This document shows positions 10,747-23,610 of a DNA stretch of 64,000 bases, piece after piece; within the stretch, counting starts at the first letter, position 1; every line of letters begins with the position of its first letter. Where the stretch lies: assembly GCA_031416075.1 (NCBI GenBank), contig JANOSY010000031.1, forward strand, positions 72,912 through 136,911, in the 5' to 3' direction. The position numbers and the translations under genes are program-made. Below the pieces are notes generated by a model. The model was not told where the DNA came from. It worked only from the letters and a program-made list of their open reading frames with translations, and made no database searches. The stretch is from Candidatus Tenderia sp. Lineage in GTDB: Bacteria; Pseudomonadota; Gammaproteobacteria; Tenderiales; Tenderiaceae.

Positions 10747-13095
10747 ATGTCCAGACCACCTAAACACCGCACCCGCCGCACGCCTTCATCCACCCCATCC
10801 AAACGCCGTCTTTTGCCCGCTTTTTTACTGGCAATGGTACTGCCCGCCATAGTGGTACTGACTGTGTATGTGCTTTACCTTGACCATCTGGTACAACAAA
10901 AATTTGAGGGGAAACGCTGGGCCATTCCATCCCGTGTCTATGCACGGGCGCTGGAGCTGTATCCTCAGGCAGCACTATCATCTGAGTCGCTGGAGAGTGA
11001 GTTAAAACTCATCGGTTATCAGCGTTCCAGCGATGGTATCGCTCCGGGCAGTTACTATCGTACCGGCAATACCTTTGTCATTTCCAGCCGTGCTTTTACC
11101 CACTGGGATGGTGAGGAACCCGCCCGTTCGTTGCGCCTGACAATTGGCCAGAATCGTGTGACATCGCTCACCAACAAACGTAATGGCAAGTCACTCACCC
11201 TGGCCCGCCTGCAGCCAATGGAGATTGGCAGCATCTACCCGGCGCAAAAAGAGGATCGTATCCTGGTGAAGCTCAGCGACCTACCGCCCGAGCTGACCAG
11301 CGCCCTGCAAGCCGTTGAGGATCGCAATTTTCAGGAGCATTACGGTGTTGATATCACCGGTATTGCCCGCGCCGCCTGGAGCAACATACGGGCTGGCCAC
11401 GTGGTTCAAGGGGGCAGCACACTCACCCAGCAGCTGGTAAAAAATTTCTACCTTAATAATGAACGCACCCTCTGGCGCAAGGTTAACGAGGCACTGATGG
11501 CGCTGCTGCTGGAGTACCACTACAGCAAGAATGATATTCTCGAGGCCTATGCCAACGAGATCTACCTCGGGCAGGATGGTGCACGTGCCATTCATGGCTT
11601 CGGCCTGGCAGCACAGTTCTATTTCAACAAACCAGTACAGGAGCTGACACTGCCAGAATCAGCAATGCTGGTAGCAATCCTGCGCGGCCCCACCTACTAC
11701 GATCCGCGCCGTTCACCAAAACGGGCATTGGAACGGCGTAACCAGATTATTGACACCCTGCTGGCGGACGGCTTGATCAAACAGGAGAAGGCATTGCCCG
11801 CCAAGCAGGCGTCACTGGGCGTTATTCCCAAACCGGTGCGCGGCACGGGTCTGCACCCCGCCTTTATCGATCTGGTGAAGAGGCAGTTGCAGAAGGATTA
11901 TCAGGAAGAGGATCTGCGCAGCGAAGGACTACGCATCTTCACCACACTCGACCCAATCGCCCAGCGCACTGCCGAACAAGCGTTGGTGCGCTGGACCGAA
12001 AAACTCGAACAGTCACGCAAATTAAAGGCCAACTTACTCCAGGGCAGCGTGGTGATCAGCCGTGTTGGCAGTGGCGAGGTGAGTGCCGTGGTGGGTGGTC
12101 GCGACGTGCGTTTTGATGGTTTTAATCGCGCCCTTGATATCCGTCGCCCGATCGGATCGCTGGTTAAACCTGCGCTCTACCTCACGGCGTTGATGCAACC
12201 ACAAACGTATACACTGACAACACTGCTCAACGATGAACCGCTGCAACTCAAACAGCCCGGCAACGACAAGGTCTGGGCACCTGAAAATTACGACCGTATC
12301 AGCCACGGCTCCGTACCGCTGATCGATGCCCTGGCCCACTCCTACAATCTGGCGGCGGTGAATCTGGGCATGGCGCTGGGTGTTAATCAGGTGATCAAGA
12401 CACTACATGCACTGGGCATAGAAGCGACCATACCTACCTACCCATCGGTGCTGCTTGGCGCAATGGACCTCTCCCCGATTGAGATAGCGCAGATATACCA
12501 GACACTTGCCGATCAGGGTTTCTACACCCAGCTACGGGCGGTACGTGAAGTGCTGACACAGGATGGCAAACCGCTGCAACACTTTGCCATGGATACCGAA
12601 CAGCGCCTCTCCGTACCTCACGTCTACTTAATCAACTATGCGCTCCGAGAAGCCCTGCGCAATGGCACCGGTGCCAACGTTGCCCAACGCATACCGGCCG
12701 ATATTGAGCTGGGAGGCAAAACCGGTACCACCAATGATCTACGCGACAGCTGGTTTGCGGGCTTTGGCAGTGAATACGTCGGTGTCGTCTGGATGGGCAA
12801 CGATGACAACAAGGTCACCGGTCTTACTGGTGCCAGTGGTGCGCTGCAAGTCTGGGCCGACATCATGACCCGCATCAACCTCAGTCGTGGTGAACAACCA
12901 CCACCTGTTGATATCGAGATGGTACGTATCGATCGCACCACCGGACTACGAGCGGACAATGGCTGCAATGATAGCGCGCGTCTACTCCCCTTCATCAACG
13001 ACACCGCCCCTAATGAGGATGCCCTTTGTGCCCACAGCGCTGTCGAAGATACGCTTAATGATTTGCTTGATAATGTGAAAGGGTGGCTTGAATAA
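10747..13095 (+). CDS. mrcB: penicillin-binding protein 1B
   Basis: UB2H region, EDRNF and GGSTLTQQLVKN glycosyltransferase motifs, SLVK/SYN/KTG transpeptidase motifs. Confidence 0.96.
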   Translation: MSRPPKHRTRRTPSSTPSKRRLLPAFLLAMVLPAIVVLTVYVLYLDHLVQQKFEGKRWAIPSRVYARALELYPQAALSSESLESELKLIGYQRSSDGIAPGSYYRTGNTFVISSRAFTHWDGEEPARSLRLTIGQNRVTSLTNKRNGKSLTLARLQPMEIGSIYPAQKEDRILVKLSDLPPELTSALQAVEDRNFQEHYGVDITGIARAAWSNIRAGHVVQGGSTLTQQLVKNFYLNNERTLWRKVNEALMALLLEYHYSKNDILEAYANEIYLGQDGARAIHGFGLAAQFYFNKPVQELTLPESAMLVAILRGPTYYDPRRSPKRALERRNQIIDTLLADGLIKQEKALPAKQASLGVIPKPVRGTGLHPAFIDLVKRQLQKDYQEEDLRSEGLRIFTTLDPIAQRTAEQALVRWTEKLEQSRKLKANLLQGSVVISRVGSGEVSAVVGGRDVRFDGFNRALDIRRPIGSLVKPALYLTALMQPQTYTLTTLLNDEPLQLKQPGNDKVWAPENYDRISHGSVPLIDALAHSYNLAAVNLGMALGVNQVIKTLHALGIEATIPTYPSVLLGAMDLSPIEIAQIYQTLADQGFYTQLRAVREVLTQDGKPLQHFAMDTEQRLSVPHVYLINYALREALRNGTGANVAQRIPADIELGGKTGTTNDLRDSWFAGFGSEYVGVVWMGNDDNKVTGLTGASGALQVWADIMTRINLSRGEQPPPVDIEMVRIDRTTGLRADNGCNDSARLLPFINDTAPNEDALCAHSAVEDTLNDLLDNVKGWLE

Positions 13096-13577
13096 TGGCT
13101 AATCAGATGACTAAAAGCAGAATCAGACTCTACCTACTGGTCAGCATCACAATGGGCGCTGCAGGTTGCAGCAACATCCCCATTCAAACCACTCAACCTG
13201 CTCAACCTCAACCGATCCAATCTCAACCGGCTCAAACCCAACCTGCTCAACCTATTCAACCTATTCAACCTATTCAACCTGCTCAACCTGCTCAACCTGC
13301 TCAACGCAGCGCTGTTTCGGTACAGCTATTAACACAAGCCGAAACGCTGCAACAGAGCGGCAACCTCAGCGGTGCCATTGCCCAGGTCGAGCGTGCCGTG
13401 CGTATTGAACCACGCAATGCGTATGCCTGGTACAGGCTTGCCACACTCCAACTTGCCGCAGGTGATTTAAACAGGGCAGAACAGTTCGCCCGCCGCTCCA
13501 ACCAATACGCAGCGGGCAACCGGGAGCTCATTGAGGCCAATCAGAAGGTGATGGATGAGGTGAGACGTTTGCGGTAA
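13095..13577 (+). CDS. lpoP: TPR lipoprotein, probable PBP1b activator (LpoP-like)
   Basis: Lipobox-like AAGC, QP-rich linker, TPR 'ERAVRIEPRN'; overlaps the mrcB stop. Confidence 0.75.
   Translation: MANQMTKSRIRLYLLVSITMGAAGCSNIPIQTTQPAQPQPIQSQPAQTQPAQPIQPIQPIQPAQPAQPAQRSAVSVQLLTQAETLQQSGNLSGAIAQVERAVRIEPRNAYAWYRLATLQLAAGDLNRAEQFARRSNQYAAGNRELIEANQKVMDEVRRLR
13239..13301 (+). repeat. 9-bp tandem repeat x7 (CAACCTGCT/CAACCTATT) encoding QPA/QPI
   Basis: Read directly: 1x GCT, 3x ATT and 3x GCT units, with degenerate copies upstream. Confidence 0.95.
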
Positions 13578-13719
13578 TAATCAGCGGGATAAAAACCGTC
13601 ATGCCTGCTCTATAAGGTCACTCATATTTACCTACACCCACGATGTGACCATCTAACGCAGAAACACCGGCATATAGTTACTTCGGGCAGCTCCTGACAA
13701 ACATAGTGAAAAGGAAAAG

Positions 13720-14844
13720 ATGAAACTCTCAACATTATGTCTCGGAAGTGTGGCTATCATCACGGCTTATAGCCATCCGGTTAATGCCGCTGCCCCCTCC
13801 TTTGATGCATAGGTAGTGAGCAACAACCCCATTACTGACGGTGCATGCCAGACTGGTTTTTCCTGTGGCACTGCCGTTGCGGACACCGGCTTTTATCAAC
13901 GAATGGTAATTGACACGGTGGGGCAACAGTTTTTTCAAACCATCATCACCGAAAACAGCGCCAGTGATGCAGAGACACAAGCCCTGTTGGCACTATTTCA
14001 AACCACCGATAATACACAGACCAACACCGATCTACCCTGTCTGACTGAATATAGCTGTGGTGACAAAATCACTGGCCTGAATTTCCTTCAGCAAGAGATT
14101 ACCAACGGTACGTCCATCTGATTTCAAACCGTCACCACAAATCTATCTGCCCCAATAAATAGTGAGAGTGGGCTATACCAACCAACACCACACCACCTCT
14201 TCCATACAGAGGCCGGTCTGCTGTTAAAACCAGGCCAACACCTGGTTGCTGCCGCTGGCGACACATTGGCCGATACTCCGGCCAACCTACATCTTGCCCG
14301 CACTGCGCTGATACCAGACCCTGACTACGTTGAACTGAACCAGCAGAGCGCAGCCGATCAGCAGATTTTTCGCATGGTCATGGATGTGCAGATTACTAAC
14401 GTCATAACAGCGGCGGCGGCCAAATTATCAGCGCAGTTGAATGTGCCGCTGAACATGCCCGACAACTATGAATTACAGGCGCGCGTGTTAACCGCCGAAG
14501 GATGGATTGATTTTATCAGTGATGACCATAACCATATCGCTGCCGCACAAAGGCTGAGCAATGGTGATTGCCCGGAGGTGAGTTCTGCTCTCTACCAGAG
14601 CAAATTGAATGCAGGCAGTGAGTGTGTGCAAATCACCATCCAGGATGGTGGTGTTAATGATGGCGATAGCGCAACAGATGGCAATATCGCACTCATTCTC
14701 GGATCAGTATTGAAGAGAGTAGAACCTTTTTCAATACCACTTCCAAAAGATGAAGCAACACCATCTAACCAAGGTGGCGGAGCGTGGTCCTGGTGCATGT
14801 CACTGGTATTGTTGTTCAGATTGAGAAGATCAAAGATGGGCTGA
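13720..14844 (+). pseudogene. secreted GlyGly-CTERM (rhombosortase target) protein broken by two in-frame stops
   Basis: One reading frame from ATG 13720 (signal peptide MKLSTLCLGS..VNA) to 14844 with TAG at 13810 and TGA at 14119; C-terminal CVQITIQDGGVNDGD and GGGAWSW-hydrophobic-RLRR tail. Confidence 0.75.
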
Positions 14845-15176
14845 GGGTGCGGATCAGTATGACAGCGAAGCGCTGTTTCAAGTATCATTAAAAATAACCA
14901 GCTATGTAGTTATTTCTTGGAACCGCGTACTCAAACTTTCACAAAACATATATAAAATACACTTGCCATTCATTAAAGCACCCCCGCCGAACATCCTGTC
15001 CAACAGGGTTTTATTACAGAGGCCTACAGCTTGCCTCAATCCGCATCATCCTTAACGCGTTTCACAACTTTGCTATTCAGTGCAATCTTTCCAATACTGC
15101 ATCCATGCTTTTTATAACTTACATGTGGATTTAAAGAGTCATTCAGCTGGACCAGACGGCCCCACTATTTTTCAAG

Positions 15177-15641
15177 TTACTTCGGTCCCCAGTAAATTAC
15201 GATAATAACTGCTGCTGCAAATATCAACGTAGCAACCACAAGCAGCCAGTTCGCAACCCGAGGGCTAAGTGTTTCACCCTTCGGCTCATCGTGCACCTCT
15301 GAGGCAGCGATACTGTGATCATATGCGTGCTCTTTGTCGACAATGGGAGTATGGCCCATCGCAGACTTTACCTGATAAGGAAATGTGCCACAGACATTGT
15401 TGTGCCCAGCGCCACAGGTACGATAGTTAAACAGTGTATACAGCGGGTCCCATCCTAAAATGGCAGTCAGCGACGGATACAACCCTATGAATATCAAATA
15501 TACCTCTTTACCTACAAACTCATCACCCTGCATACTCAAAAACGGATATCCGATTACAAGCAGCGCAAGTACACCGCGTATAATTCGATCATTAAGCCCG
15601 ATATTTTGAACAGGACCCAATTTTTTTCTTTTAGCAATCAT
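15177..15641 (-). CDS. DUF2892 (YgaP-like) membrane protein
   Basis: NIGLNDRIIR, GWDPLY..F..RTC, additional C-terminal TM helix. Confidence 0.75.
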   Translation of the reverse strand: MIAKRKKLGPVQNIGLNDRIIRGVLALLVIGYPFLSMQGDEFVGKEVYLIFIGLYPSLTAILGWDPLYTLFNYRTCGAGHNNVCGTFPYQVKSAMGHTPIVDKEHAYDHSIAASEVHDEPKGETLSPRVANWLLVVATLIFAAAVIIVIYWGPK

Positions 15642-15875
15642 ATGAATTACACCTCAGTTAGTATGATCATCCATTACTACTTTAGCCATTAATGAATTAA
15701 AAGTTCTGCTAGTTATCAGCCCTGCACAAACAACCTGTCAAAAATTTAATCATTGGCCACAAATGGGTAGAAGTTAACTACACAACCACCGGATTTAAGC
15801 CCGATAAGTGTGTAGTAACATGGAATGAAACTACGTGTAGTGAAACATCACTATTCATTCACACATCACAGTGGA

Positions 15876-16457
15876 CTAGAAGCGGTATCCGCCACCCAGG
15901 TTCCATGCGTGAACATTGTCTTTTGTACCATCCACACCAGAGATATCTGTATATACCTGGTACTCGGCACGCAACATCCAGTTATTATCAAGGTCATACT
16001 TAAAGCCTGCACCTAAATAGGGTTTTGTGCTGTTCTTACTATCCACTCCCACATTTTGAACAGTTCCGCTATTACTAAGGTCATATCTGGCCATACCCAA
16101 CCGACCAAAGAGACCAAAGCGATCGGCAAGTGGCAATGTTCCCAACGCACTGATCGTCCATGCACTGGCGTCTTGCTTGGCACTTACATTATTGTCATCG
16201 GCATTAAACAGAGTTCCAAAGCTGGTATAACCAATCTCGGCGGCGATATTATTGCCAAACTCATAACCGACCTCACCACGCAGCGTGGTATCAGAGCTAT
16301 CGCAGTTAACGATGTTATCGCAGTATTTGCGCGCTTCTGCTTTGCCTACATCCAGCCCTAGATAAAAACCTGCGCCCTCAGCCTGAACAACATTTGTACT
16401 CAATGCGCCCACTAGCGCGATACATAATGAGGTAGCTTTTGTTTTGTTATTTAACAT
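15876..16457 (-). CDS. OmpA-like 8-stranded outer membrane beta-barrel protein
   Basis: Signal peptide, GFYLG, GYEF, AAEIGY, LRAEYQ, terminal GYRF. Confidence 0.88.
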   Translation of the reverse strand: MLNNKTKATSLCIALVGALSTNVVQAEGAGFYLGLDVGKAEARKYCDNIVNCDSSDTTLRGEVGYEFGNNIAAEIGYTSFGTLFNADDNNVSAKQDASAWTISALGTLPLADRFGLFGRLGMARYDLSNSGTVQNVGVDSKNSTKPYLGAGFKYDLDNNWMLRAEYQVYTDISGVDGTKDNVHAWNLGGGYRF

Positions 16458-16785
16458 GGCAATTCCTTTTTAATGAAGGTTGGGAGAGTCATGGCAACCT
16501 AAAGAGATGGCCGTGGATCAAGAATAAGTTTGCCGGGAAAATTGGTCTGTGCGCTGTATAACATAGCGAAATAAAAACTGCGGGTGTGTGCTGATATCAG
16601 GCTGAGAAGACGATATAAAAGTCGCAAATACACAACTACAGGGGGGTGATAAAACTTCCAGATATTGACTATAAAATTGAGAATCATGTGCAATAAATGA
16701 TTCACAAAAAACAGCTCACACTGTATATATCGCAGATCTTGCTATTCGGACCGGGAAAATAAAAACGGTATTAATACAACAGTAT

Positions 16786-16820
16786 TGAGCAGGATGATTA
16801 CAACACCCCCATCCTGCTCA
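16786..16820. terminator. hairpin downstream of ybiT
   Basis: Perfect 11-bp stem TGAGCAGGATG/CATCCTGCTCA; no clear U-tract. Confidence 0.45.
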
Positions 16821-16852
16821 GCAGTTCACTCTGCACAAGTCAATAAAACTTA

Positions 16853-18448
16853 CTACTTGACCCCTTGGCTGCGTAGATACTCGTCATAACTACCGCTGAA
16901 GTTGGTCACACCATATGGTGTCAATTCGATGATTCGTGTTGCCAGTGAGGAGACAAACTCGCGGTCATGGCTGACGAAGATGAGTGTGCCAGGGTAGTTC
17001 TCCAGCGCCAGATTGAGTGACTCAATCGACTCCATATCAAGATGGTTGGTCGGCTCGTCCATCACCAGAATATTGGGACGTTGCAACATCAGCTTGCCAA
17101 ACAGCATACGTCCCTCTTCCCCCCCGGAGATCACCTTGACCGACTTGCCTGTCTCATCGGAGGAGAACAACAGTCGGCCGAGGATAGCGCGGATCGCCAT
17201 GTCATCATCACCGGGACGACGCCACTGGCTCATCCACTCAAACAGTGTCATATCCTGGGCAAACTCTGAGGCGTGATCCTGGGCAAAATAACCGATGTTG
17301 CAGTTTTCTGACCACTTTACACTACCGCTGGTAGGCACCATGTTGTCACCCACCACTGCTCGCAACAGCGTGGTTTTACCGATGCCGTTGGGGCCGATGA
17401 TAGCAACACGCTCACCTACTTCGATCATCAGGTTAAGATTTTTGAAGAGTGGTTTGTCATCATAGCTTTTGCTCAGCCCCTCCACCTCCAGCGCCAGACG
17501 GTAGAGTTTTTTCTCCTGTTCAAAACGGATGTAGGGATTCACACGGCTTGATGGTTTAACCTCATCCAGCTGGATTTTATCGATCTGACGCGCACGTGAG
17601 GTGGCCTGTTTGGCCTTGGAGGCGTTGGCAGAGAAACGGCTGACGAAGTTCTGTAGCTCGGAGATCTGCGCCTTTTTCTTGGCGTTCTCAGAGAGCAGGC
17701 GCTCACGCACCTGGGTGGCTGCCATCATGTAGTCGTCATAGGTGCCGGGGTAGAGACGCAGCTCGCCGTAGTCAAGATCGGCCATGTGGGTACAGACGCT
17801 GTTCAGAAAATGACGATCATGAGAGATGATGATCATGGTGCTGTTGCGCTCATTGAGCACTGTTTCAAGCCAGCGGATGGTATTGATATCAAGATTGTTG
17901 GTCGGCTCATCGAGCAGCATGATATCAGGATCGGCAAACAGCGCCTGGGCCAGCAGCACACGCAACTTCCAACCGGGTGCCACCGCGCTCATCAGACCAA
18001 GGTGCTGCTCAATAGGTATGCCAACCCCCAGCAGCAATTCGCCTGCACGTGATTCAGCGGTATAACCATCCATCTCGGCAAACTCCACCTCCAGCTCCGC
18101 CACCCGCATACCGTCCTCTTCACTCATATCCGGCAGCGAATAGATGCGGTCACGCTCCTGCTTCACCCGCCACAGTTCGGTGTGGCCCATGATGACGGTG
18201 TCGATCGGTGTGAACTCTTCAAAGGCAAACTGCTCCTGCCGCAACTTGCCGACCCGCTGGTTAACATCCACCGAGACGTTGCCAGCCGTTGGCACCAGAT
18301 CACCACCCAAAATTTTCATGAAGGTTGACTTGCCACAGCCGTTGGCGCCGATCAGGCCGTAGCGATTACCGCCGCCAAACTTGACCGAGATGTTTTCAAA
18401 GAGTGGCTTGGCACCAAACTGCATGGTGATATTGGCTGTTGTGATCAC
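16853..18448 (-). CDS. ybiT: ABC-F family ATPase
   Basis: [42 protein letters not shown]; two ABC domains and no TM segments. Confidence 0.95.
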   Translation of the reverse strand: MITTANITMQFGAKPLFENISVKFGGGNRYGLIGANGCGKSTFMKILGGDLVPTAGNVSVDVNQRVGKLRQEQFAFEEFTPIDTVIMGHTELWRVKQERDRIYSLPDMSEEDGMRVAELEVEFAEMDGYTAESRAGELLLGVGIPIEQHLGLMSAVAPGWKLRVLLAQALFADPDIMLLDEPTNNLDINTIRWLETVLNERNSTMIIISHDRHFLNSVCTHMADLDYGELRLYPGTYDDYMMAATQVRERLLSENAKKKAQISELQNFVSRFSANASKAKQATSRARQIDKIQLDEVKPSSRVNPYIRFEQEKKLYRLALEVEGLSKSYDDKPLFKNLNLMIEVGERVAIIGPNGIGKTTLLRAVVGDNMVPTSGSVKWSENCNIGYFAQDHASEFAQDMTLFEWMSQWRRPGDDDMAIRAILGRLLFSSDETGKSVKVISGGEEGRMLFGKLMLQRPNILVMDEPTNHLDMESIESLNLALENYPGTLIFVSHDREFVSSLATRIIELTPYGVTNFSGSYDEYLRSQGVK

Positions 18449-18551
18449 GGGAGTGTCCTGGAATTAAGGTCAAAAGTGGCGCACATTATCGCACAGAATG
18501 GGCGGCAACCCTGCGCCTTTGAGGTGGGAAAATTAAAAGCTGGGAGCCATT

Positions 18552-18968
18552 TCAATCATCTGTGACCCGGCCACGCCCGGCCTTTATCTGCCCCTGGCGC
18601 TTTTTGCCCTCCAGCCGCCGTGTCTTGGAGGCGCGGGTTGGCTGGGTGGCCCGGCGGGTACGCTGGACCTCGGCAGCACTCTTGATCAACTCCTGAAGTC
18701 GTTGCAACGCCTCTTCGCGGTTTTTCTCCTGAGAGCGAAATTGCTGCGCCTTGATGATGATCACACCCTCTTTGGTGATGCGCTGGTCGCGCAGGTTCAG
18801 CAAGCGCTCCTTATAGAAATCGGGCAGCGACGAAGCGTTAATGTCAAAACGCAGATGAATCGCGGATGAGACCTTGTTGACGTTCTGGCCGCCACTGCCC
18901 TGGGCACGGATGGCGCTGATCTCGATCTCGTTATCGGGGATGGAGACGTTGTTGGAGATCATCAGCAT
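18552..18968 (-). CDS. arfB: alternative ribosome rescue peptidyl-tRNA hydrolase
   Basis: [17 protein letters not shown], basic C-terminal tail. Confidence 0.96.
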   Translation of the reverse strand: MLMISNNVSIPDNEIEISAIRAQGSGGQNVNKVSSAIHLRFDINASSLPDFYKERLLNLRDQRITKEGVIIIKAQQFRSQEKNREEALQRLQELIKSAAEVQRTRRATQPTRASKTRRLEGKKRQGQIKAGRGRVTDD

Positions 18969-19004
18969 GCGGCTGCCTCTATATTAATATACAACCACTA
19001 TTGA

Positions 19005-19069
19005 CGTAGGGTGTGCTGTGCGCACATTGCCGTCCTCCAACAGTGTCCGTGCGCACAGCGCACCCTACG
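19005..19069. repeat. GTAG-type REP doublet (REPIN-like)
   Basis: CGTAGGGTGTGCTGTGCGCAC ... GTGCGCACAGCGCACCCTACG, 21-bp inverted arms matching 20/21. Confidence 0.75.
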
Positions 19070-20453
19070 CTGGTTTGAACCACGCCAACTGCTCATGCAG
19101 CTTTACTACCTCACCGATGATCAGCAGTGTTGGCGCGTGAATCTCATTGTCAGCCACGATCTGATGGAGTGTGGTGACGGTGCCGGTATAGACCCGCTGC
19201 TGCTGCGTGGTGCCCTGCTGCACCAGCGCGGCGGGCATATCGGCGCTCATACCATGGGCGATCAGCTGTTGGCAGATGATGTCGAGCCCGGCCAACCCCA
19301 TGTAGACCACCACGGTCTGGCGCGGCTGCACCAGCGTCTGCCACTCCAGATCCACAGTGCCATCCTTGAGCTGGCCGGTGACAAAGATAACCGACTGGGC
19401 GTAGTCGCGATGGGTGAGCGGAATGCCGGCATAGCTGGCGCAGCCGGTCGCCGCCGTCACACCCGGCACCACCTGAAAGGGGATCCCCTCCGCCGCCAGG
19501 CCGGCAATCTCTTCACCGCCGCGGCCAAAGATAAAGGGATCACCACCCTTCAGACGTAATACCCGTTTACCCTGTTTGGCCAGCTCGATCAGCTGCTGAT
19601 TGATATCCTCTTGCCGCACGGCGTGGAAGGCGCGCTTTTTACCGACGTAGATCTGTTCCGCCTCGCGCCGTACCAGATCGAGAATCTGCGGCGAGACCAG
19701 ACGATCATAGAGCACCACATCGGCCTGCTGCATCAGCCGCAGGGCGCGAAAGGTGAGCAGATCGGGATCACCGGGACCGGCGCCCACCAGATAGACCTCG
19801 CCCTTGGCAAGGCCATCAACATCGGCGTGATCGATGGCGTGTTGCAACGCCGCCTCCGCCTCTTGCCACTTATTGGCATAGGCCAGTTCGGCGACACTGC
19901 CTTGCAGCTGCTCTTCCCAAAAACGACGCCGCTGATCAAAACTTTTGAAATGGTTTTTCACCGGCCCACGGAAACGTCCCGCCAATTCTGCCAGACGACC
20001 ATAAGCAGCCGGAATCAACGTCTCCAACCGGGCACGCAACAACCGCCCCAACACCGGCGAGGCTCCACCAGTGGAGACCGCGACGATAACAGGCGAGCGG
20101 TCGATGATCGACGGCAGGATAAAGGTACAAAGCTCAGGGTGATCCACCACATTCACTGGCAGCCCTAACCGCTTGGCATCATTTGATATTGTGGCATTAA
20201 GCGCACCGTCGTTGGTTGCTGCGATCACCAGCGCGCAACCGGCCAGCTGTTGCTGTTCATAGGTCGTTTTAAGCTGACTGATCACCCCGTCATCAAGCTG
20301 TTGTTGTAATACGGTGCACAGCTCAGGCGCCACCACCACCACGCTGGCCTGCGCCCGCAACAGCAGGCTCACCTTACGTGCTGCAATCTCACCACCGCCA
20401 ACAACAAGTACCGGGCGTTTTTTGATGTCTATGAAAATCGGTAGGTAATCCAT
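19065..20453 (-). CDS. cysG: siroheme synthase
   Basis: [45 protein letters not shown]. Confidence 0.98.
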   Translation of the reverse strand: MDYLPIFIDIKKRPVLVVGGGEIAARKVSLLLRAQASVVVVAPELCTVLQQQLDDGVISQLKTTYEQQQLAGCALVIAATNDGALNATISNDAKRLGLPVNVVDHPELCTFILPSIIDRSPVIVAVSTGGASPVLGRLLRARLETLIPAAYGRLAELAGRFRGPVKNHFKSFDQRRRFWEEQLQGSVAELAYANKWQEAEAALQHAIDHADVDGLAKGEVYLVGAGPGDPDLLTFRALRLMQQADVVLYDRLVSPQILDLVRREAEQIYVGKKRAFHAVRQEDINQQLIELAKQGKRVLRLKGGDPFIFGRGGEEIAGLAAEGIPFQVVPGVTAATGCASYAGIPLTHRDYAQSVIFVTGQLKDGTVDLEWQTLVQPRQTVVVYMGLAGLDIICQQLIAHGMSADMPAALVQQGTTQQQRVYTGTVTTLHQIVADNEIHAPTLLIIGEVVKLHEQLAWFKPA

Positions 20454-20516
20454 GACGCAGTCCTGTCAGAAGGGGGCAGTTCACCCCTCACGAATGAGGG
20501 GGGATAAATGAATCTA

Positions 20517-21815
<1,299 letters not shown>

Positions 21816-21886
21816 TTAATTCAATTTCTTAGAGTTACTATATAACTTAACGAATTAGACTCAAAGCTATGCCAGTCATGGGTATG

Positions 21887-22261
21887 TTATATCTGCCTGC
21901 CCACAACCACCCCCAGCCAGCAGCCACCCACACAGAGCAACAGGCTCAACACCATATTACTAACAGCCTTGAGATGCTCCCCCGTGTCGATCAGCGCCAA
22001 CGTCTCAATCGAAAAGGTAGAAAAGGTGGTAAAACCGCCCAGCACCCCAAGCAAAATGGCCGCCCGCCATTCTGGTCCCAGGCTCATGCGCTCAATCAGC
22101 ACCACGGTCAACAACCCCATCAGCAGGGAGCCTACAACATTGACCGCCAGTGTGCCGTAGGGAAAACCACGCCCGGCGATGGAGTAGACCCAGCTGGACA
22201 TCAGGAAGCGCAACACCGAGCCAACAGCGCCACCAGCGGCGATGGCGAGCAGTTGGTTCAT
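21887..22261 (-). CDS. crcB: fluoride efflux channel
   Basis: [24 protein letters not shown]. Confidence 0.97.
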   Translation of the reverse strand: MNQLLAIAAGGAVGSVLRFLMSSWVYSIAGRGFPYGTLAVNVVGSLLMGLLTVVLIERMSLGPEWRAAILLGVLGGFTTFSTFSIETLALIDTGEHLKAVSNMVLSLLLCVGGCWLGVVVGRQI

Positions 22262-23610
22262 GATGAGCTGTTGCCCCCTTTTGCCCGCGCCTGCCTATCC
22301 AACTCACGCAAGTGGCTCAGCTTATCGGCAATCTTATTCTCAAGTCCACGCGGTACTGGGTTGTAGTAGCACCGCTCACCCATCGCTTCAGGAAAGTAGT
22401 TTTCACCGGCGGCATAGGCATCGGGTTCATCATGGGCGTAGCGGTAGCTCTTGCCGTAACCGAGCTCTTTCATCAGTTTAGTGGGCGCGTTGCGCAGATG
22501 CACTGGCACTTCATAGGAGCCATGTTTTTTGATCTCGGCCATGGCTGCATTGAAGGCGGCATAAACGGCATTGCTCTTCGGTGCAGAGGCGAGATAGATC
22601 ACTGCTTGGGCGATGGCCAGCTCCCCTTCAGGACTGCCAAGCCGCTCCTGTACATCCCAGGCGTTGAGCGCCACTTCAAGCGCCCGTGGGTCGGCATTAC
22701 CGATCTCCTCGCTGGCCATGCGCACCACCCGTCTGGCGATGTAGAGTGGATCACAACCGCCGTCGATCATGCGCACAAACCAGTAGAGCGCGGCGTCGGG
22801 GCTGGAGCCACGCACCGACTTGTGCAGCGCTGAGATTTGATCGTAAAAGGCCTCACCGCCTTTATCGAAACGGCGTGGCGCGCCACCGCTGAGGATTTCA
22901 TTGATCAGCTCTTCACCAATCACGTCACCCTCCTCCCCCGGCTGCGCCAGATCGGCGGCGATCTCTAAAAAATTGAGGGCGCGGCGGGCATCGCCGTCAG
23001 CCACTTCGGCCAGACGGTCACGCAGCACTTCAGCCATTAACAATGGTTTACCGATACCGCGTTCGTGATCACTCAGGGCACGGTCGATGATCTGACGAAT
23101 CTCCTCAACACTCAGACTGCGCAGCACATAGACACGGGCCCGCGACAGCAGCGCGTTGTTGAGTTCAAACGAGGGATTTTCGGTGGTGGCGCCAATAAAG
23201 GTGAAGGTGCCATCTTCAACGTAAGGGAGAAAGGCATCCTGCTGCGCCTTATTGAAGCGGTGTACCTCGTCGACAAACAGCACTGTTGAACGTCGCTCAA
23301 CATCGCGGGCGTACTGCGCCTGTTCAACGGCGGCACGGATCTCCTTTACCCCACCCAGCACGGCGGAGATACTGAGAAACTGGGCATGGGCGCGATGGGC
23401 CAGCAATCTTGCCAGGGTAGTCTTGCCGGTGCCGGGCGGCCCCCAGAAGATCATGGAGTGGATGCGGTCGGCCTCAATCGCCTGCCGCAACGGTTTGCCC
23501 GGTCCTAATAGATGGCCCTGGCCTACATACTCGGCCAGTGTTTGCGGACGCATGCGGTCGGCCAGTGGTTTCCACACTGGCGCACGGCCCTCATCCAGCA
23601 GGTCCCGCAT
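22258..23610 (-). CDS. rarA: replication-associated recombination protein A
   Basis: [40 protein letters not shown]. Confidence 0.98.
   Translation of the reverse strand: MRDLLDEGRAPVWKPLADRMRPQTLAEYVGQGHLLGPGKPLRQAIEADRIHSMIFWGPPGTGKTTLARLLAHRAHAQFLSISAVLGGVKEIRAAVEQAQYARDVERRSTVLFVDEVHRFNKAQQDAFLPYVEDGTFTFIGATTENPSFELNNALLSRARVYVLRSLSVEEIRQIIDRALSDHERGIGKPLLMAEVLRDRLAEVADGDARRALNFLEIAADLAQPGEEGDVIGEELINEILSGGAPRRFDKGGEAFYDQISALHKSVRGSSPDAALYWFVRMIDGGCDPLYIARRVVRMASEEIGNADPRALEVALNAWDVQERLGSPEGELAIAQAVIYLASAPKSNAVYAAFNAAMAEIKKHGSYEVPVHLRNAPTKLMKELGYGKSYRYAHDEPDAYAAGENYFPEAMGERCYYNPVPRGLENKIADKLSHLRELDRQARAKGGNSSS

Noticed and set aside
13185-13304. Short repeats as a possible CRISPR array
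   Set aside because: 9-bp in-frame tandem units without spacers; no cas genes in the window
13810-14121. Programmed readthrough (pyrrolysine TAG or selenocysteine TGA)
   Set aside because: Two different stops in one gene, no evident SECIS-like hairpin and no redox motif; nonsense mutation is simpler
21887-22330. Fluoride riboswitch upstream of crcB
   Set aside because: crcB overlaps rarA, leaving no leader, and no motif was seen
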